Shown here one piece after another: positions 1 to 8,589 of a stretch of DNA of 60,556 nucleotides. The position numbers and the translations under genes were made by a program. This stretch comes from Candidatus Ratteibacteria bacterium (GTDB lineage Bacteria > CAIJMQ01), in the NCBI GenBank assembly GCA_028715665.1, contig JAQURI010000002.1, forward strand, positions 1 through 60,556, read 5' to 3'. Within the stretch, counting starts at the first letter, position 1, and every line of letters starts with the position of its first letter. The notes under the pieces are model-generated. The model saw nothing but the letters and a program-made list of their open reading frames with translations, did not search any database and had not been told where the DNA came from.

Positions 1-14
1 CATGTGCCCTGATA

Positions 15-476
15 TCATGTACATCCAACGAATGGATGATAGCTTAGATATAACCACAACTGCCCATTATATTCAAAGGGATTTTTAACTTTTGTATATT
101 CACTTGTCGGGGCACCGTGCAAGCGAACATTATCAATTTCTACTGCTTTCCGTAGCAGTTCATCAAACTCCTTTCGTGTCAATTTCAGTTTTTTGCAGAT
201 TGCAGACCGGATTTTAATTATCGAAACAAATATCCGTGGAGGCATCCAGTGAACTATCGGGTTTTTCATCTGGTGATATGTTTCAAGAAATGCAGCCCAG
301 AACTTACCATAATCAGTAACAGGATGTTTGAAATGAGAACAAAGCATACCAAGGTTTGCATCGCACATAATGCATTTACCACAGCCTTTAAAATGGTCTC
401 TCCTCTCATGACCACATTCACATATTTCTATACTTGTTTCTATACATTTTCCCATATAATCCCTATGTACGTACAT
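15..476 (-). CDS. hypothetical Cys-rich protein (putative zinc-binding)
   Basis: 153-aa ORF at the end of a minus-strand chain; N-terminal Cys/His cluster (CECGH..CGKCIMC); ATG at 455 is an alternative start. Confidence 0.55.
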   Translation of the reverse strand: MYVHRDYMGKCIETSIEICECGHERRDHFKGCGKCIMCDANLGMLCSHFKHPVTDYGKFWAAFLETYHQMKNPIVHWMPPRIFVSIIKIRSAICKKLKLTRKEFDELLRKAVEIDNVRLHGAPTSEYTKVKNPFEYNGQLWLYLSYHPFVGCT

Positions 477-624
477 TCGGCTCTTTGCCCCATAGCTGTT
501 CTGCTTTCTTTCTCAGTTCCTGATGTGCGGCATATTTATTGTCTATGTCTATCTTTTCTTCAGGAGTCAGGTCTTGGTAATATTTATGGTAATACGTTAT
601 ACTAATGTCGTCTTTTGTTATCAT
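463..624 (-). CDS. small hypothetical protein (53 aa)
   Basis: hand-translated ATG(624) to TAG(463): MITKDDISITYYHKYYQDLTPEEK...; fills a gap in the same-strand chain; below track cutoff. Confidence 0.35.
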   Translation of the reverse strand: MITKDDISITYYHKYYQDLTPEEKIDIDNKYAAHQELRKKAEQLWGKEPNVRT

Positions 625-639
625 GTACCTCCGGGGTTT

Positions 640-795
640 TTAGATTCTGAAACATAAAAAAGAAGTAAAATGAACATCAGACCAGTCTAAATCTTTATTC
701 TTACCGGGACATCTTTGGCATCCGTAGTCACTCTTATCGTTTTTATCGAATGCTCTGCAATAATGTTTTTTCTCTACCCCATCCTGTTTTCCCAT
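640..795 (-). CDS. small Cys-rich hypothetical protein (51 aa)
   Basis: hand-translated MGKQDGVEKKHYCRAFDKNDKSDYGCQRCPGKNK...; same strand, fills a gap. Confidence 0.35.
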   Translation of the reverse strand: MGKQDGVEKKHYCRAFDKNDKSDYGCQRCPGKNKDLDWSDVHFTSFLCFRI

Positions 796-808
796 AGCTT
801 TTCTCACT

Positions 809-1117
809 TTAATATATCTTATACGATTCCGTTGTCTCGCATCCCGGATGGTAAAAATTAACGCCGTCTTCTGACGTTAAATTTTTAAAGTAATCCCATT
901 GGTGGCATTCTATACATTGTTTTTTAGTGCCATGTTCCGATAAATCCGGAAAATTATTAATATTAAATTCGTCCTTTTCTTCCACAATGCATTTGTCCGG
1001 CTCCCCTGATTTTTTCATGTCCATCGTATCCTCCACCTCCATTCCTGTGCAGATTTTTCCAATAGACATACCATTATCTTGAGACTCAATTACAACATCG
1101 TTTATATTTATTCTCAT
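809..1117 (-). CDS. hypothetical protein
   Basis: 102-aa ORF; its start overlaps the stop of the upstream ORF by 4 nt (1114-1117). Confidence 0.5.
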   Translation of the reverse strand: MRININDVVIESQDNGMSIGKICTGMEVEDTMDMKKSGEPDKCIVEEKDEFNINNFPDLSEHGTKKQCIECHQWDYFKNLTSEDGVNFYHPGCETTESYKIY

Positions 1118-1341
1118 GGAACCTCTATTATTTTATTACCAATTTTGATTGATATCATCTTGTAGTTAAATACAAAAATCAACCACGCTATCCATGGACT
1201 AAATATTGGTATTAGATACCACCATTCAAATGTTCTGAGTTTGCTGAATCCCGATATTATCAATGTGTATAATATCAACGCAACCATATAAGCCGCAGCA
1301 TTGAGTAATATGTTGCGCCAGTTAAATTTAATGGTTTTCAT
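1114..1341 (-). CDS. small membrane protein (2 TM)
   Basis: 75-aa ORF with two hydrophobic helices (AAYMVALILYTLIISGF; WYLIPIFSPWIAWLIFVF). Confidence 0.55.
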   Translation of the reverse strand: MKTIKFNWRNILLNAAAYMVALILYTLIISGFSKLRTFEWWYLIPIFSPWIAWLIFVFNYKMISIKIGNKIIEVP

Positions 1342-1358
1342 TTTTTAAGTTCTCCAAG

Positions 1359-1697
1359 TCATTCAATTGACGTGTTCCAGTTATCAGGCACCTTTGGCTC
1401 GTATCCCTCGTAGTGCCCTTGTTTCCATAGTTCATGGAAGATTGTGTTCAATTCCTTCCAAGACGGGTCGAATTCATTGACATATTCAACTATCAAATAT
1501 GCGAGGGTTATACTTTCATCCCCGCGTAAGCATTTTAGTAACCGGTTTTCGCATTTTCTACAGTGATACCAGTCTCCGGAGACTAACATATCCTCACCAC
1601 AGCACTGTATTGCTTTTATATGGGCTTTAATTAGTGATTCATGGGGTGTCATCCAGCCCCTACCCCCGTGTATTTTGTTCTGGCTGAGTCTTTTCAT
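1359..1697 (-). CDS. hypothetical Cys-rich protein
   Basis: 112-aa ORF in chain; CC...C..C cluster. Confidence 0.5.
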   Translation of the reverse strand: MKRLSQNKIHGGRGWMTPHESLIKAHIKAIQCCGEDMLVSGDWYHCRKCENRLLKCLRGDESITLAYLIVEYVNEFDPSWKELNTIFHELWKQGHYEGYEPKVPDNWNTSIE

Positions 1698-1703
1698 AGG
1701 AAT

Positions 1704-2036
1704 TTATTTCTCCTGTACTATTAAAATATCGTCATATGAAGTAATAGTCATTATTCCGTATTTAGAAGCTGTTTCTTGTTTAACAATTTTCTCTTCATAT
1801 TCTTTTTTTTTGGCATATATTTGAAGATTGTTTTCGAACTGAATCCCGCAGATTTTACATGCTTTCTGGTCTTTTTCAAGTATATGCGGACACCGTGTTT
1901 GGATGTGCCAAATCGTGGCATTGATTATTTTTAGTTCTTTTTCTTTTTGTCTTTGAAGTAAATTCATGTCCTCCAGAAGCCCTTTTATTCGTTCCGGGGT
2001 TAATTTTCCTGTCATGATTCTTTTTTGTACTTCCAT
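1704..2036 (-). CDS. hypothetical protein
   Basis: 110-aa ORF directly downstream of the type-1 promoter motif at 2061-2087; CPH..CKICG motif. Confidence 0.55.
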   Translation of the reverse strand: MEVQKRIMTGKLTPERIKGLLEDMNLLQRQKEKELKIINATIWHIQTRCPHILEKDQKACKICGIQFENNLQIYAKKKEYEEKIVKQETASKYGIMTITSYDDILIVQEK

Positions 2037-2060
2037 GGTTTAATTCCATGTTCATCTTTT

Positions 2061-2087
2061 GAAACATAATTACGATAAAGCTATCGG
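2061..2087 (-). promoter_or_regulatory. type-1 promoter motif (BRE/TATA-like, 27-nt conserved)
   Basis: minus-sense CCGATAGCTTTATCGTAATTATGTTTC about 40 nt upstream of the ATG at 2036; one of 9 near-identical copies in the window. Confidence 0.6.
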
Positions 2088-2092
2088 TTAAA

Positions 2093-2103
2093 GGTTCTGT
2101 TAA
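2093..2103. repeat. partial copy of the SET-cassette terminal repeat
   Basis: ggttctgttaa followed by gttaaacgggggag, resembling the left end of the 51727 element; lies 6 nt from the type-1 promoter. Confidence 0.35.
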
Positions 2104-2184
2104 AATAAGAGGTTAAACGGGGGAGTGGGAGTGACTGTGGTAGACAAAAATATCCCGCCTAACCAATATTAAAGATTGGTGGTA

Positions 2185-2568
2185 TTATTTATATACTTTT
2201 TGTTTAGATATATTCTGTACGTGCAGGAGTTCGATATCGCCACGGTTTGAATATGCTGCCATTGCGAGCACATAAGCAGGGACTTCTACCTGACCTTTAA
2301 AATGCGCTGTTGCATTGAATTTATTCAGTGATGTGTTGAATGTCAGGTTTGAGTTCAGGTTTATCTTATCTCCGTTTAATGGGTTTTTAAATGATGTTAT
2401 TGTTTTTGAGTTCATGTCCGTTGATGGTTTAATGTCTCCGAACCCGCCATGAACGTCGGCTTCGAAATTGAGAACTACAGGCTGGATTGCAAGTAAGGTG
2501 AACGATAATAGCAGAACTGATATTAACATGATGCTGAACCCGAAATAGAGTACCCTGTCATTGGTCAT
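2185..2568 (-). CDS. secreted/membrane-anchored hypothetical protein
   Basis: 127-aa ORF with an N-terminal hydrophobic signal-anchor (LYFGFSIMLISVLLLSFTLLAI). Confidence 0.55.
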   Translation of the reverse strand: MTNDRVLYFGFSIMLISVLLLSFTLLAIQPVVLNFEADVHGGFGDIKPSTDMNSKTITSFKNPLNGDKINLNSNLTFNTSLNKFNATAHFKGQVEVPAYVLAMAAYSNRGDIELLHVQNISKQKVYK

Positions 2569-2661
2569 AAAGATGTATAAACTCCATGGTCTATTGTAGT
2601 TGTTCCAGTTAATCGTGGATTGTTATGTAGGCGATGAAACAACTTTTAATGTCTCCCCAGT

Positions 2662-2955
2662 TTATGTTCGTTGTTCGCATAACACTTTTTTCGTCCACTG
2701 CTCGACTAATGGTATTCCGTCATTGGATATTTCAATTACTCGATACCAGTTATTGATTTTTTTCTTATCCCAGCGTTCTGTAACAATCGCTATATCCGTT
2801 AGGATATCTATACATATCGAAATTGTGTTCCTCGATATCCTGCCGTTCAAGAGCTTAACTAGAGTGCTGAAACTGTGCGGCTTTGTTTTTTTTTGGGCTG
2901 AATATATCTCAATTGCTACTTTGATAACATTCTTACTTACATCCTTTCCGTTCAA
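2662..2955 (-). CDS. winged-helix DNA-binding protein (putative)
   Basis: wHTH-like segment FSTLVKLLNGRISRNTISICIDIL; TTG at 2955 is preceded by GGAGGA; the track ORF runs to 3081 but overlaps the upstream gene. Confidence 0.5.
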   Translation of the reverse strand: MNGKDVSKNVIKVAIEIYSAQKKTKPHSFSTLVKLLNGRISRNTISICIDILTDIAIVTERWDKKKINNWYRVIEISNDGIPLVEQWTKKVLCEQRT

Positions 2956-3241
2956 CGTAATCCTCCAAAGCTCTCCTGAACGCCTTCTCCTGACCGATGA
3001 CGGGGTTCTCAATATCGTTCTTGTTGCGGATTGTGACTCCAAGGATAAAATCTGTCCAGAGTGGACTCCACCACGGAGCACAGAATACTATACATAACGT
3101 TGCTCGTGGTGTGTGTCGTCGATACCTCACCACTTTCGCTTGGATTTTTAGTCCGCTTTTCTGTTCGACTTCAGCCAGAATCCTTTTTTCGTTTGGGTTC
3201 AGCGGTCTTTGTTTTTCGTCATATTTTTGCTGGTTTCTCAT
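2933..3241 (-). CDS. hypothetical protein
   Basis: 102-aa ORF; AGGAGG 7 nt upstream of the ATG at 3241. Confidence 0.5.
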   Translation of the reverse strand: MRNQQKYDEKQRPLNPNEKRILAEVEQKSGLKIQAKVVRYRRHTPRATLCIVFCAPWWSPLWTDFILGVTIRNKNDIENPVIGQEKAFRRALEDYVERKGCK

Positions 3242-3376
3242 TGATATTTCCTCCTGTTATATCTTGTTGTTACTTCAACAAAGGGAGTCCATCGACTCCC
3301 CCATCTATAGACCCTCGTATATACAAACAAGGAATCTACACTTGTTGACCATTTTGCAAAAGATAGTATGAACATC

Positions 3377-4120
3377 CTACTCTTCCTCTACCCGTGGGGC
3401 TATCATAAATTCAATTATTCCATGGCCTTCTGATATTGGGAATCCTATCTTGACCGGATAATCTCTACCCAGAATGATTGTCAGGTCGCTTTTTTTCTCG
3501 ACCAGTTTCTGTATTTTGATTAGATATTCAATTGCAAACAGCGATTTTGCTTTTGAAGCTTGGATGATTTTTAACCTGTCTGATGGAACTTCATAAATTA
3601 CGTCGTCGGTATCTCCCTTTGCTGAGAAAATGAACTTTGTCCCTGTTGTATCTACTTCGAAACTTACATATTCCGCGATTTTATCCACCGCTTTCATTCC
3701 GAACTTGAAATCGGCTCCACCAATCATTAATTCAACTGGAAGGCTAAGGGCTGGAATTTTTGGTTCTTTTCTTATTGTTTCGGGGTCGATAAGGCTCATG
3801 GTATATGTTAATCCCCTGAAGGTCATTTTGAGCTTGTGTTCTTTTTCATCGAGTTCAAGTGTGATTATATCTTCATCTTCCGCCATTTCTAGATAACCTA
3901 TTTGTTTGGTCAGGTCAATCGCCAGTAACATATCAGTTGCACTATACTCTTCGAAGGCTTCTTTACTAAGGCTCATTGATACCATAGCGACATTCGCCGG
4001 CTCAACTGCACGGACTGTTATTCTTTCCGGTGAAAATGTGAACCGTGCTTCATCCACCATAGTCTTTAATCCGATTATTGCTTCTTTTAATCGCTTTCCT
4101 TTAATACTTGCTTTAAACAT
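3377..4120 (-). CDS. pcn: DNA polymerase sliding clamp (archaeal PCNA)
   Basis: 247 aa; full-length resemblance to archaeal PCNA (MFKA..., EPANVAMV, C-terminal IAPRVEEE). Confidence 0.93.
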   Translation of the reverse strand: MFKASIKGKRLKEAIIGLKTMVDEARFTFSPERITVRAVEPANVAMVSMSLSKEAFEEYSATDMLLAIDLTKQIGYLEMAEDEDIITLELDEKEHKLKMTFRGLTYTMSLIDPETIRKEPKIPALSLPVELMIGGADFKFGMKAVDKIAEYVSFEVDTTGTKFIFSAKGDTDDVIYEVPSDRLKIIQASKAKSLFAIEYLIKIQKLVEKKSDLTIILGRDYPVKIGFPISEGHGIIEFMIAPRVEEE

Positions 4121-4131
4121 TTTTTGACACC

Positions 4132-4299
4132 CTAATCTTCTTTTTTATCTTTAGTGATTTGGTTTTGCTTGGCGGCAGCATTTCTCGGTTTTATGACATT
4201 GAGGTAATACTGGTTATTGCGCACCCTCTTTTCTTCTCTTTGTGCTTCACTGAGATTTAATCCGTGATTTCTTGCTGAAGCTTGTCCGCCGTGACCCAT
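4132..4299 (-). CDS. small hypothetical protein (55 aa)
   Basis: hand-translated MGHGGQASARNHGLNLSEAQREEKRVRNNQYY...; same strand, between PCNA and the upstream ORF. Confidence 0.4.
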   Translation of the reverse strand: MGHGGQASARNHGLNLSEAQREEKRVRNNQYYLNVIKPRNAAAKQNQITKDKKED

Positions 4300-4313
4300 T
4301 GTAGTTCCTCTTT

Positions 4314-4643
4314 TTATTTTCTTATTAATATGAACGTTCTCCGTTTTTTATGTGCGATTAAATAACCCAGAATCACTGCTTGCAATATCACTATTAGAAG
4401 GATTCCTGTGATTATTAATCTGGTCTGGCTCCGGTCTGATAATTTTATTGTGCCGTTCCACCACGATGCATTATCGTCTGTTGTCTGGTTAATGCTAACT
4501 GTATGTGCAGTTGGTGCGGGTTCTGCACCTCCTTGGTCATCTGCTCCAACCAGCAGTATTCCGAATACACATAATGCAAAAACCAGTATCAGATATCGTA
4601 TTGTATTCATGGTTTTATTTTTTTTGGGTTTTCTTTTTCCCAC
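4314..4643 (-). CDS. membrane protein with N- and C-terminal TM segments
   Basis: 109-aa ORF; TM helices IRYLILVFALCVFGILLV and LIITGILLIVILQAVILGYLI. Confidence 0.55.
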   Translation of the reverse strand: MGKRKPKKNKTMNTIRYLILVFALCVFGILLVGADDQGGAEPAPTAHTVSINQTTDDNASWWNGTIKLSDRSQTRLIITGILLIVILQAVILGYLIAHKKRRTFILIRK

Positions 4644-5616
4644 CTGGCAATAGTGCTCTCAGCTTTGCAAAGAGGGCGGGTTCTTCCTCTTTTTCGAAGC
4701 GGTTATCATTTTCCCATGATTTTATTAACAGGGTCTTGACTTTCGGTAATATCTTTTCGGGAACACCACACAGGATTATTTCTTTATCTAACCGGCTTTC
4801 ATCGAATTCCGTGTTCTCAAGGAGGGCTGCGATTTTTGTGCTGATTTCTGTGACCCAATCCTGTGCTGATACTGGTGTCGTGGCTACTTTGAGTGGTTTT
4901 GTCATGTCGGTAGCGTCTTTGCCAGCAGCAACGTGTTTTTCCATGTTATTTAGAATTGTTTTTGCTCTTTCCGGGAGCAATTCTTTTACTTCTGCTGTTA
5001 TAATACCCGGATGGTCTTGCATTAGTTGTGCCATTTTTGAGTCCGGATATTCCATCTCCGGGATTGGTTCTGACAGTCTCATGTCTCCACTAATTATTAC
5101 CGGGGTGTTCTTCAAGTCCTCTCCAACCTGTTCAGCCCGGTTCTGCATATCTAAAGATGCTTGTTGTGCCTGAGCTACTGTTGTATTGTCCGGGGGTAAT
5201 ATTATTCTTTCCTCTGGCTTCGGTGGTACCTGTAGTTGTTCTTCTTTTCGTTCTACTGATTGTTCTTTCTGTTTTTCTGTGTCGGGTAGCACGCTGCTTG
5301 TGATGCCAGCAGTAACCGGCAATTTTATTATTGTTGGTTCCTTTTTCGGGGATATCAGGAGCTTGAAATCCTGTAGTGCAGCCGTGTGCCTGAAGTCTAT
5401 CAGGTCGAAACGCTGTTTTGCGAAATCATATTCCTGTTTTGCTTTTTCCCAGAGTTCTTCGGTTTCGTAATATTTCGATAGTACGACTTTCATCGCTTCA
5501 AAAGTATCGAACGGGACGGGTTGGATATTGAATACTTCTGTCTTTCCATCAGTATCGACCTGTATGGCGTGTATCATGCCACTTTCCATTTTTTGTGGGA
5601 ATATTTTTAGATTCAT
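4615..5616 (-). CDS. hypothetical protein (E/K-rich)
   Basis: long ORF; ATG at 5616 is preceded by GAGGAA and overlaps the upstream stop (ATGA); the track start at 5676 is less likely. Confidence 0.6.
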   Translation of the reverse strand: MNLKIFPQKMESGMIHAIQVDTDGKTEVFNIQPVPFDTFEAMKVVLSKYYETEELWEKAKQEYDFAKQRFDLIDFRHTAALQDFKLLISPKKEPTIIKLPVTAGITSSVLPDTEKQKEQSVERKEEQLQVPPKPEERIILPPDNTTVAQAQQASLDMQNRAEQVGEDLKNTPVIISGDMRLSEPIPEMEYPDSKMAQLMQDHPGIITAEVKELLPERAKTILNNMEKHVAAGKDATDMTKPLKVATTPVSAQDWVTEISTKIAALLENTEFDESRLDKEIILCGVPEKILPKVKTLLIKSWENDNRFEKEEEPALFAKLRALLPGGKKKTQKK

Positions 5617-5777
5617 AGTTGTTCCTCTGTTATTGATTCGGTTTCGTCTGTGAACACATGGCCACAATCTATACACTGGTGTCGTTGTTTTTTCGTTCCG
5701 CCGCTCACAATTGCAAAACCATATTTTCTGAGATTTTTACTTTTACATTTCGGGCATTTTAGAGTATTTTCGGTCAT
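5613..5777 (-). CDS. zinc-ribbon protein (IS1/IS1595 transposase N-terminal-like)
   Basis: hand-translated 54 aa: LKCPKCKSKNLRKYGF...KQRHQCIDCGHVFT; ATGA overlaps at both ends. Confidence 0.5.
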   Translation of the reverse strand: MTENTLKCPKCKSKNLRKYGFAIVSGGTKKQRHQCIDCGHVFTDETESITEEQL

Positions 5778-6229
5778 AATTTTTTATCCGTTCTGTATTT
5801 CCTCATTAGTGGGCGTAATCCTATTACAAATATTTTCATGTCGTCTTCCGGCAACGCTTCTATTTCCGTATAGATTTTCGTGACGGATTCAGGGAATATT
5901 ACTTTATCACATGTTATTTTACATTTTTCTACAAGATATTTTATAATTCCGAATGTTCCGAATATCCCTAGTATGGTATATGCACAGAACGCCAAAATGA
6001 TGATAATGAAGAATGTTATTACCGACACAACGAACCTCAATGGGTTATCAACTAAACCATTGAGTTCCAACGCTATCATGTGCCCACTTACAATTATTAG
6101 TACTGATAAAAAGACAGTATATAAAAATACAACTCCCCCATGGACGACGAGCTTGCCATCTTGATAGATGCTTTCTTCTCTACATAGATACTCCTTTATT
6201 ACTTTTAAATATCTGTCGAATGTACTCAT
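5774..6229 (-). CDS. membrane protein
   Basis: 151-aa ORF with 2-3 long hydrophobic helices. Confidence 0.6.
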   Translation of the reverse strand: MSTFDRYLKVIKEYLCREESIYQDGKLVVHGGVVFLYTVFLSVLIIVSGHMIALELNGLVDNPLRFVVSVITFFIIIILAFCAYTILGIFGTFGIIKYLVEKCKITCDKVIFPESVTKIYTEIEALPEDDMKIFVIGLRPLMRKYRTDKKL

Positions 6230-6525
6230 GATATCACATCAATTGTTACTGGTTCCGTGTCTTGTTCTTCCGGGACTGAATTGTAATACTCCTGTATCCT
6301 TGCAGCGACCCACGCTTCATTAATGAGTTCATAGAAAATCACGACTATTATGCCAGCAGCGAATACCACTGCTGCCATAACAAAAAACAGATTGTCTATT
6401 TGGAAAACCAGAGTTAGTATCATCAACACTGTGGCTTCAATTGCAATCATAATTTTTTGCTCTTTCTGTATTATTATCATTTTTTTATTTAGTTCCATAG
6501 TCTCATCCATCAATAAATCAATCAA
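6226..6525 (-). CDS. membrane protein
   Basis: 99-aa ORF with two TM helices; 4-nt overlap with the downstream gene. Confidence 0.6.
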   Translation of the reverse strand: MIDLLMDETMELNKKMIIIQKEQKIMIAIEATVLMILTLVFQIDNLFFVMAAVVFAAGIIVVIFYELINEAWVAARIQEYYNSVPEEQDTEPVTIDVIS

Positions 6526-6543
6526 TCATTAACAGTTGGTATT

Positions 6544-6568
6544 AAACATAAAGAATATAAAGATATCC
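6544..6568 (-). promoter_or_regulatory. type-1 promoter motif
   Basis: minus-sense GGATATCTTTATATTCTTTATGTTT about 35 nt upstream of the ATG at 6525; nearly identical to the copy at 57959. Confidence 0.55.
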
Positions 6569-6569
6569 C

Positions 6570-7007
6570 TTAGAAAATAGCGTCGGTTGCTGTGTGAAGC
6601 ACGTTCGCTATGAAAATTCCAACTATCAACATCAATATTTCGAACGGGTGGGTCAGGATAAAGGTAATATCGGGTATGGGAAGTTTCAAGACGAAGGCCA
6701 GACCCGTCAGCAACCCGATAATTAGAAGAATGTACATGATTCTTGTGACCGTGCCCCAGAGCCAGTGGTGGGAGGTGCCACGGTGCTTTGACATCATTGT
6801 ATATGGTTTACATATAATTCCACACTTTTGAGCGGGTTTGCTTTTTGCTGAATCTAAATCCGGATTTAATACAATAGTTCCTAAAAAATAACCGAATATA
6901 GCTATACCTAGCTGGGTGTCTGTAAGAAAGGGATTTTTTTGATAAAAAAATAATAATATTAAAGCCGCTGCAAAATTGGCAATGAGGTGGTTTGTATAAG
7001 AGGGCAT
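6570..7007 (-). CDS. DUF2227-like putative metal-binding membrane protein
   Basis: pattern PDLDS...KPY...HRGTSHH..GTVTR..Y matches my recollection of the DUF2227 family; flanked by TM helices. Confidence 0.55.
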   Translation of the reverse strand: MPSYTNHLIANFAAALILLFFYQKNPFLTDTQLGIAIFGYFLGTIVLNPDLDSAKSKPAQKCGIICKPYTMMSKHRGTSHHWLWGTVTRIMYILLIIGLLTGLAFVLKLPIPDITFILTHPFEILMLIVGIFIANVLHTATDAIF

Positions 7008-7010
7008 CTT

Positions 7011-7214
7011 TCAGTCCGTTGGGGTTGAACCAATCAATCCTACCCGACGTGCCCATTCCTGCCAACGCATTGTTCTCTTATTGGCTTTCAAGATGCTTTT
7101 TTTAATATCGGCCTGCATTTTATGTACATTGAGCGTGCCATCCTGATTTAACCAGTTTTTCCGTGTTTCTTCTGCATTTGCAATGTCTTCCGGGGTTATA
7201 TTTAATTCAATCAC
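7011..7214 (-). CDS. hypothetical protein
   Basis: 67-aa ORF; GTG start preceded by AGGAGT. Confidence 0.5.
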   Translation of the reverse strand: MIELNITPEDIANAEETRKNWLNQDGTLNVHKMQADIKKSILKANKRTMRWQEWARRVGLIGSTPTD

Positions 7215-7319
7215 GTTTACTCCTATTCTGATTCGTGTAATCCCTCTGCTACTTTAATGTCCCGTACCCACATGCTGCCCAGTTCTTTGACCTGCAATAT
7301 CTATCTTTAAGATGATTTT

Positions 7320-7523
7320 TTAGCGGTCGAACCAACCGTTCTGTTGAGCTGTAATCCATAGAAATTCCACTCCTAGGAGCAAACAAAAAAACAAAAGTAC
7401 ACCCACATTTTCTTGGATGATTTTGTTAATTAGTAAATACCGAATTGTATATCCGCCAATAATGGCTGGAACCGTCAAAAACAGTGCAATTGATACAGAT
7501 GAAATTGTTTCTTTTTTTTTCAT
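7320..7523 (-). CDS. small membrane protein
   Basis: 67-aa ORF, two TM helices; overlaps the upstream stop. Confidence 0.5.
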   Translation of the reverse strand: MKKKETISSVSIALFLTVPAIIGGYTIRYLLINKIIQENVGVLLFFCLLLGVEFLWITAQQNGWFDR

Positions 7524-8065
7524 TTCTTTGATTTGTAATGGCTCTTTCTTAATATATATTCTTCCTCGTCTTTGCTTTGACTATATATACAAACTCCGAT
7601 TATAATAAATAGTAACGATGCCGCCCCTGCTGTGGCGTAGAATTTATTGTCTGGATATCTTGATATTCCGGGCGGGGCTGTTATACTGTTCCTACCATTA
7701 CCATTATCGAGCAGGGTTTCCCTGAGTTTCATGAGGATATTGCTTTTCTCAAGCGAGGTTGCATTTTGTGGGGTTGATTCGAGTTCGGCTAGTGAACTAT
7801 GCATGTTATTGTACCAGAACCTGATATCTTCGTCCGGTGTCCTGTATAGGATTGATGTGTACCCAGTAGTTAAGCCGCTGGATTCCATTTGCTGAACGAC
7901 CGTTCGCATTTCTTCGGTTGCCAGTTCGATTGTATTTGCGTCCGCTGCTCGTTTCATGTGTCCACCAATATTTATATCGAACATTGCTCCCGCATAAGCA
8001 ATTGCTATTATCCAGAAAATTATTGGCAGGCACATTAATAGTCCTAATACTGATTTAAGGTTCAT
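7520..8065 (-). CDS. membrane-anchored hypothetical protein
   Basis: 181 aa; N-terminal and C-terminal TM helices; downstream of the type-1 promoter at 8096. Confidence 0.6.
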   Translation of the reverse strand: MNLKSVLGLLMCLPIIFWIIAIAYAGAMFDINIGGHMKRAADANTIELATEEMRTVVQQMESSGLTTGYTSILYRTPDEDIRFWYNNMHSSLAELESTPQNATSLEKSNILMKLRETLLDNGNGRNSITAPPGISRYPDNKFYATAGAASLLFIIIGVCIYSQSKDEEEYILRKSHYKSKK

Positions 8066-8095
8066 GATTTATTGGCTCCATTTACACATAAGTTA

Positions 8096-8127
8096 AAACA
8101 TAAATACGATAAAGATATCGGTCAATC
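8096..8127 (-). promoter_or_regulatory. type-1 promoter motif (extended)
   Basis: minus-sense GATTGACCGATATCTTTATCGTATTTATGTTTT; preceded by TGCACATACA, a variant of the TGTACGTACA palindrome. Confidence 0.6.
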
Positions 8128-8144
8128 TAATGTATGTGCAGATA

Positions 8145-8321
8145 CTACTCTTTCTTAAAAGACAACCTTTCAGCGATTGTGTTTTTTGATATGGCTACGA
8201 TAATTAATTTAATGGTCTTGTCGTCTATCTTTATTTTGTCTCCCTGAATCGATTCGATTGTACCTTCATACAATAATTCGTTCTTTCTATATAGAACCCT
8301 GTCGCCGATTGTTAAATTCAT
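8145..8321 (-). CDS. small hypothetical protein (58 aa, SH3/Tudor-like IGDRVLY motif)
   Basis: hand-translated MNLTIGDRVLYRKNELLYEGTIESIQGDKIKID...; ATGA overlap with the upstream stop at 8318. Confidence 0.4.
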   Translation of the reverse strand: MNLTIGDRVLYRKNELLYEGTIESIQGDKIKIDDKTIKLIIVAISKNTIAERLSFKKE

Positions 8322-8575
8322 GATATGAATGATGATAAGGTTTTTTTAGTCTTTGATTTCCTTTTCTCCCCTCGACCTTCCGGGCAATTCGGGCATCCGC
8401 GTGGATGCCATGATTTTGATGCTTCTGCTGCGGCTATAAAATACCAGAGACCGCTCCTCGATTTTGCGAAATCTAATGACCAAGCTCCTTCATTAAGAAT
8501 GGCCGCTATCTTTTCTGCGTACCCTGATAGCAATGCAATTTCTTCGTCGGTCTCTTCATTCATTTTGGTAAGCAT
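8318..8575 (-). CDS. ATP-grasp-like protein, C-terminal part (downstream of frameshift)
   Basis: this frame stays open upstream of the ATG (..SCHHPYWPEEAIRFSPGTDPVDGWEN-MLTKMNEE..) and continues the 8590-9099 ORF after a 1-nt shift. Confidence 0.5.
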   Translation of the reverse strand: MLTKMNEETDEEIALLSGYAEKIAAILNEGAWSLDFAKSRSGLWYFIAAAEASKSWHPRGCPNCPEGRGEKRKSKTKKTLSSFIS

Positions 8576-8589
8576 ATTTTCCCAGCCAT

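Noticed and set aside
4505-5173. Long plus-strand ORFs antisense to the minus-strand chain: 4505-5173, 21474-21905, 36643-37224, 44301-44816, 2600-3097, 17969-18322 and 29193-29552.
   Set aside because: They fully overlap better-supported minus-strand genes. They have Ser/Phe/Leu/Cys-rich, low-complexity compositions typical of antisense frames of K/E-rich genes, and they lack start-site context.
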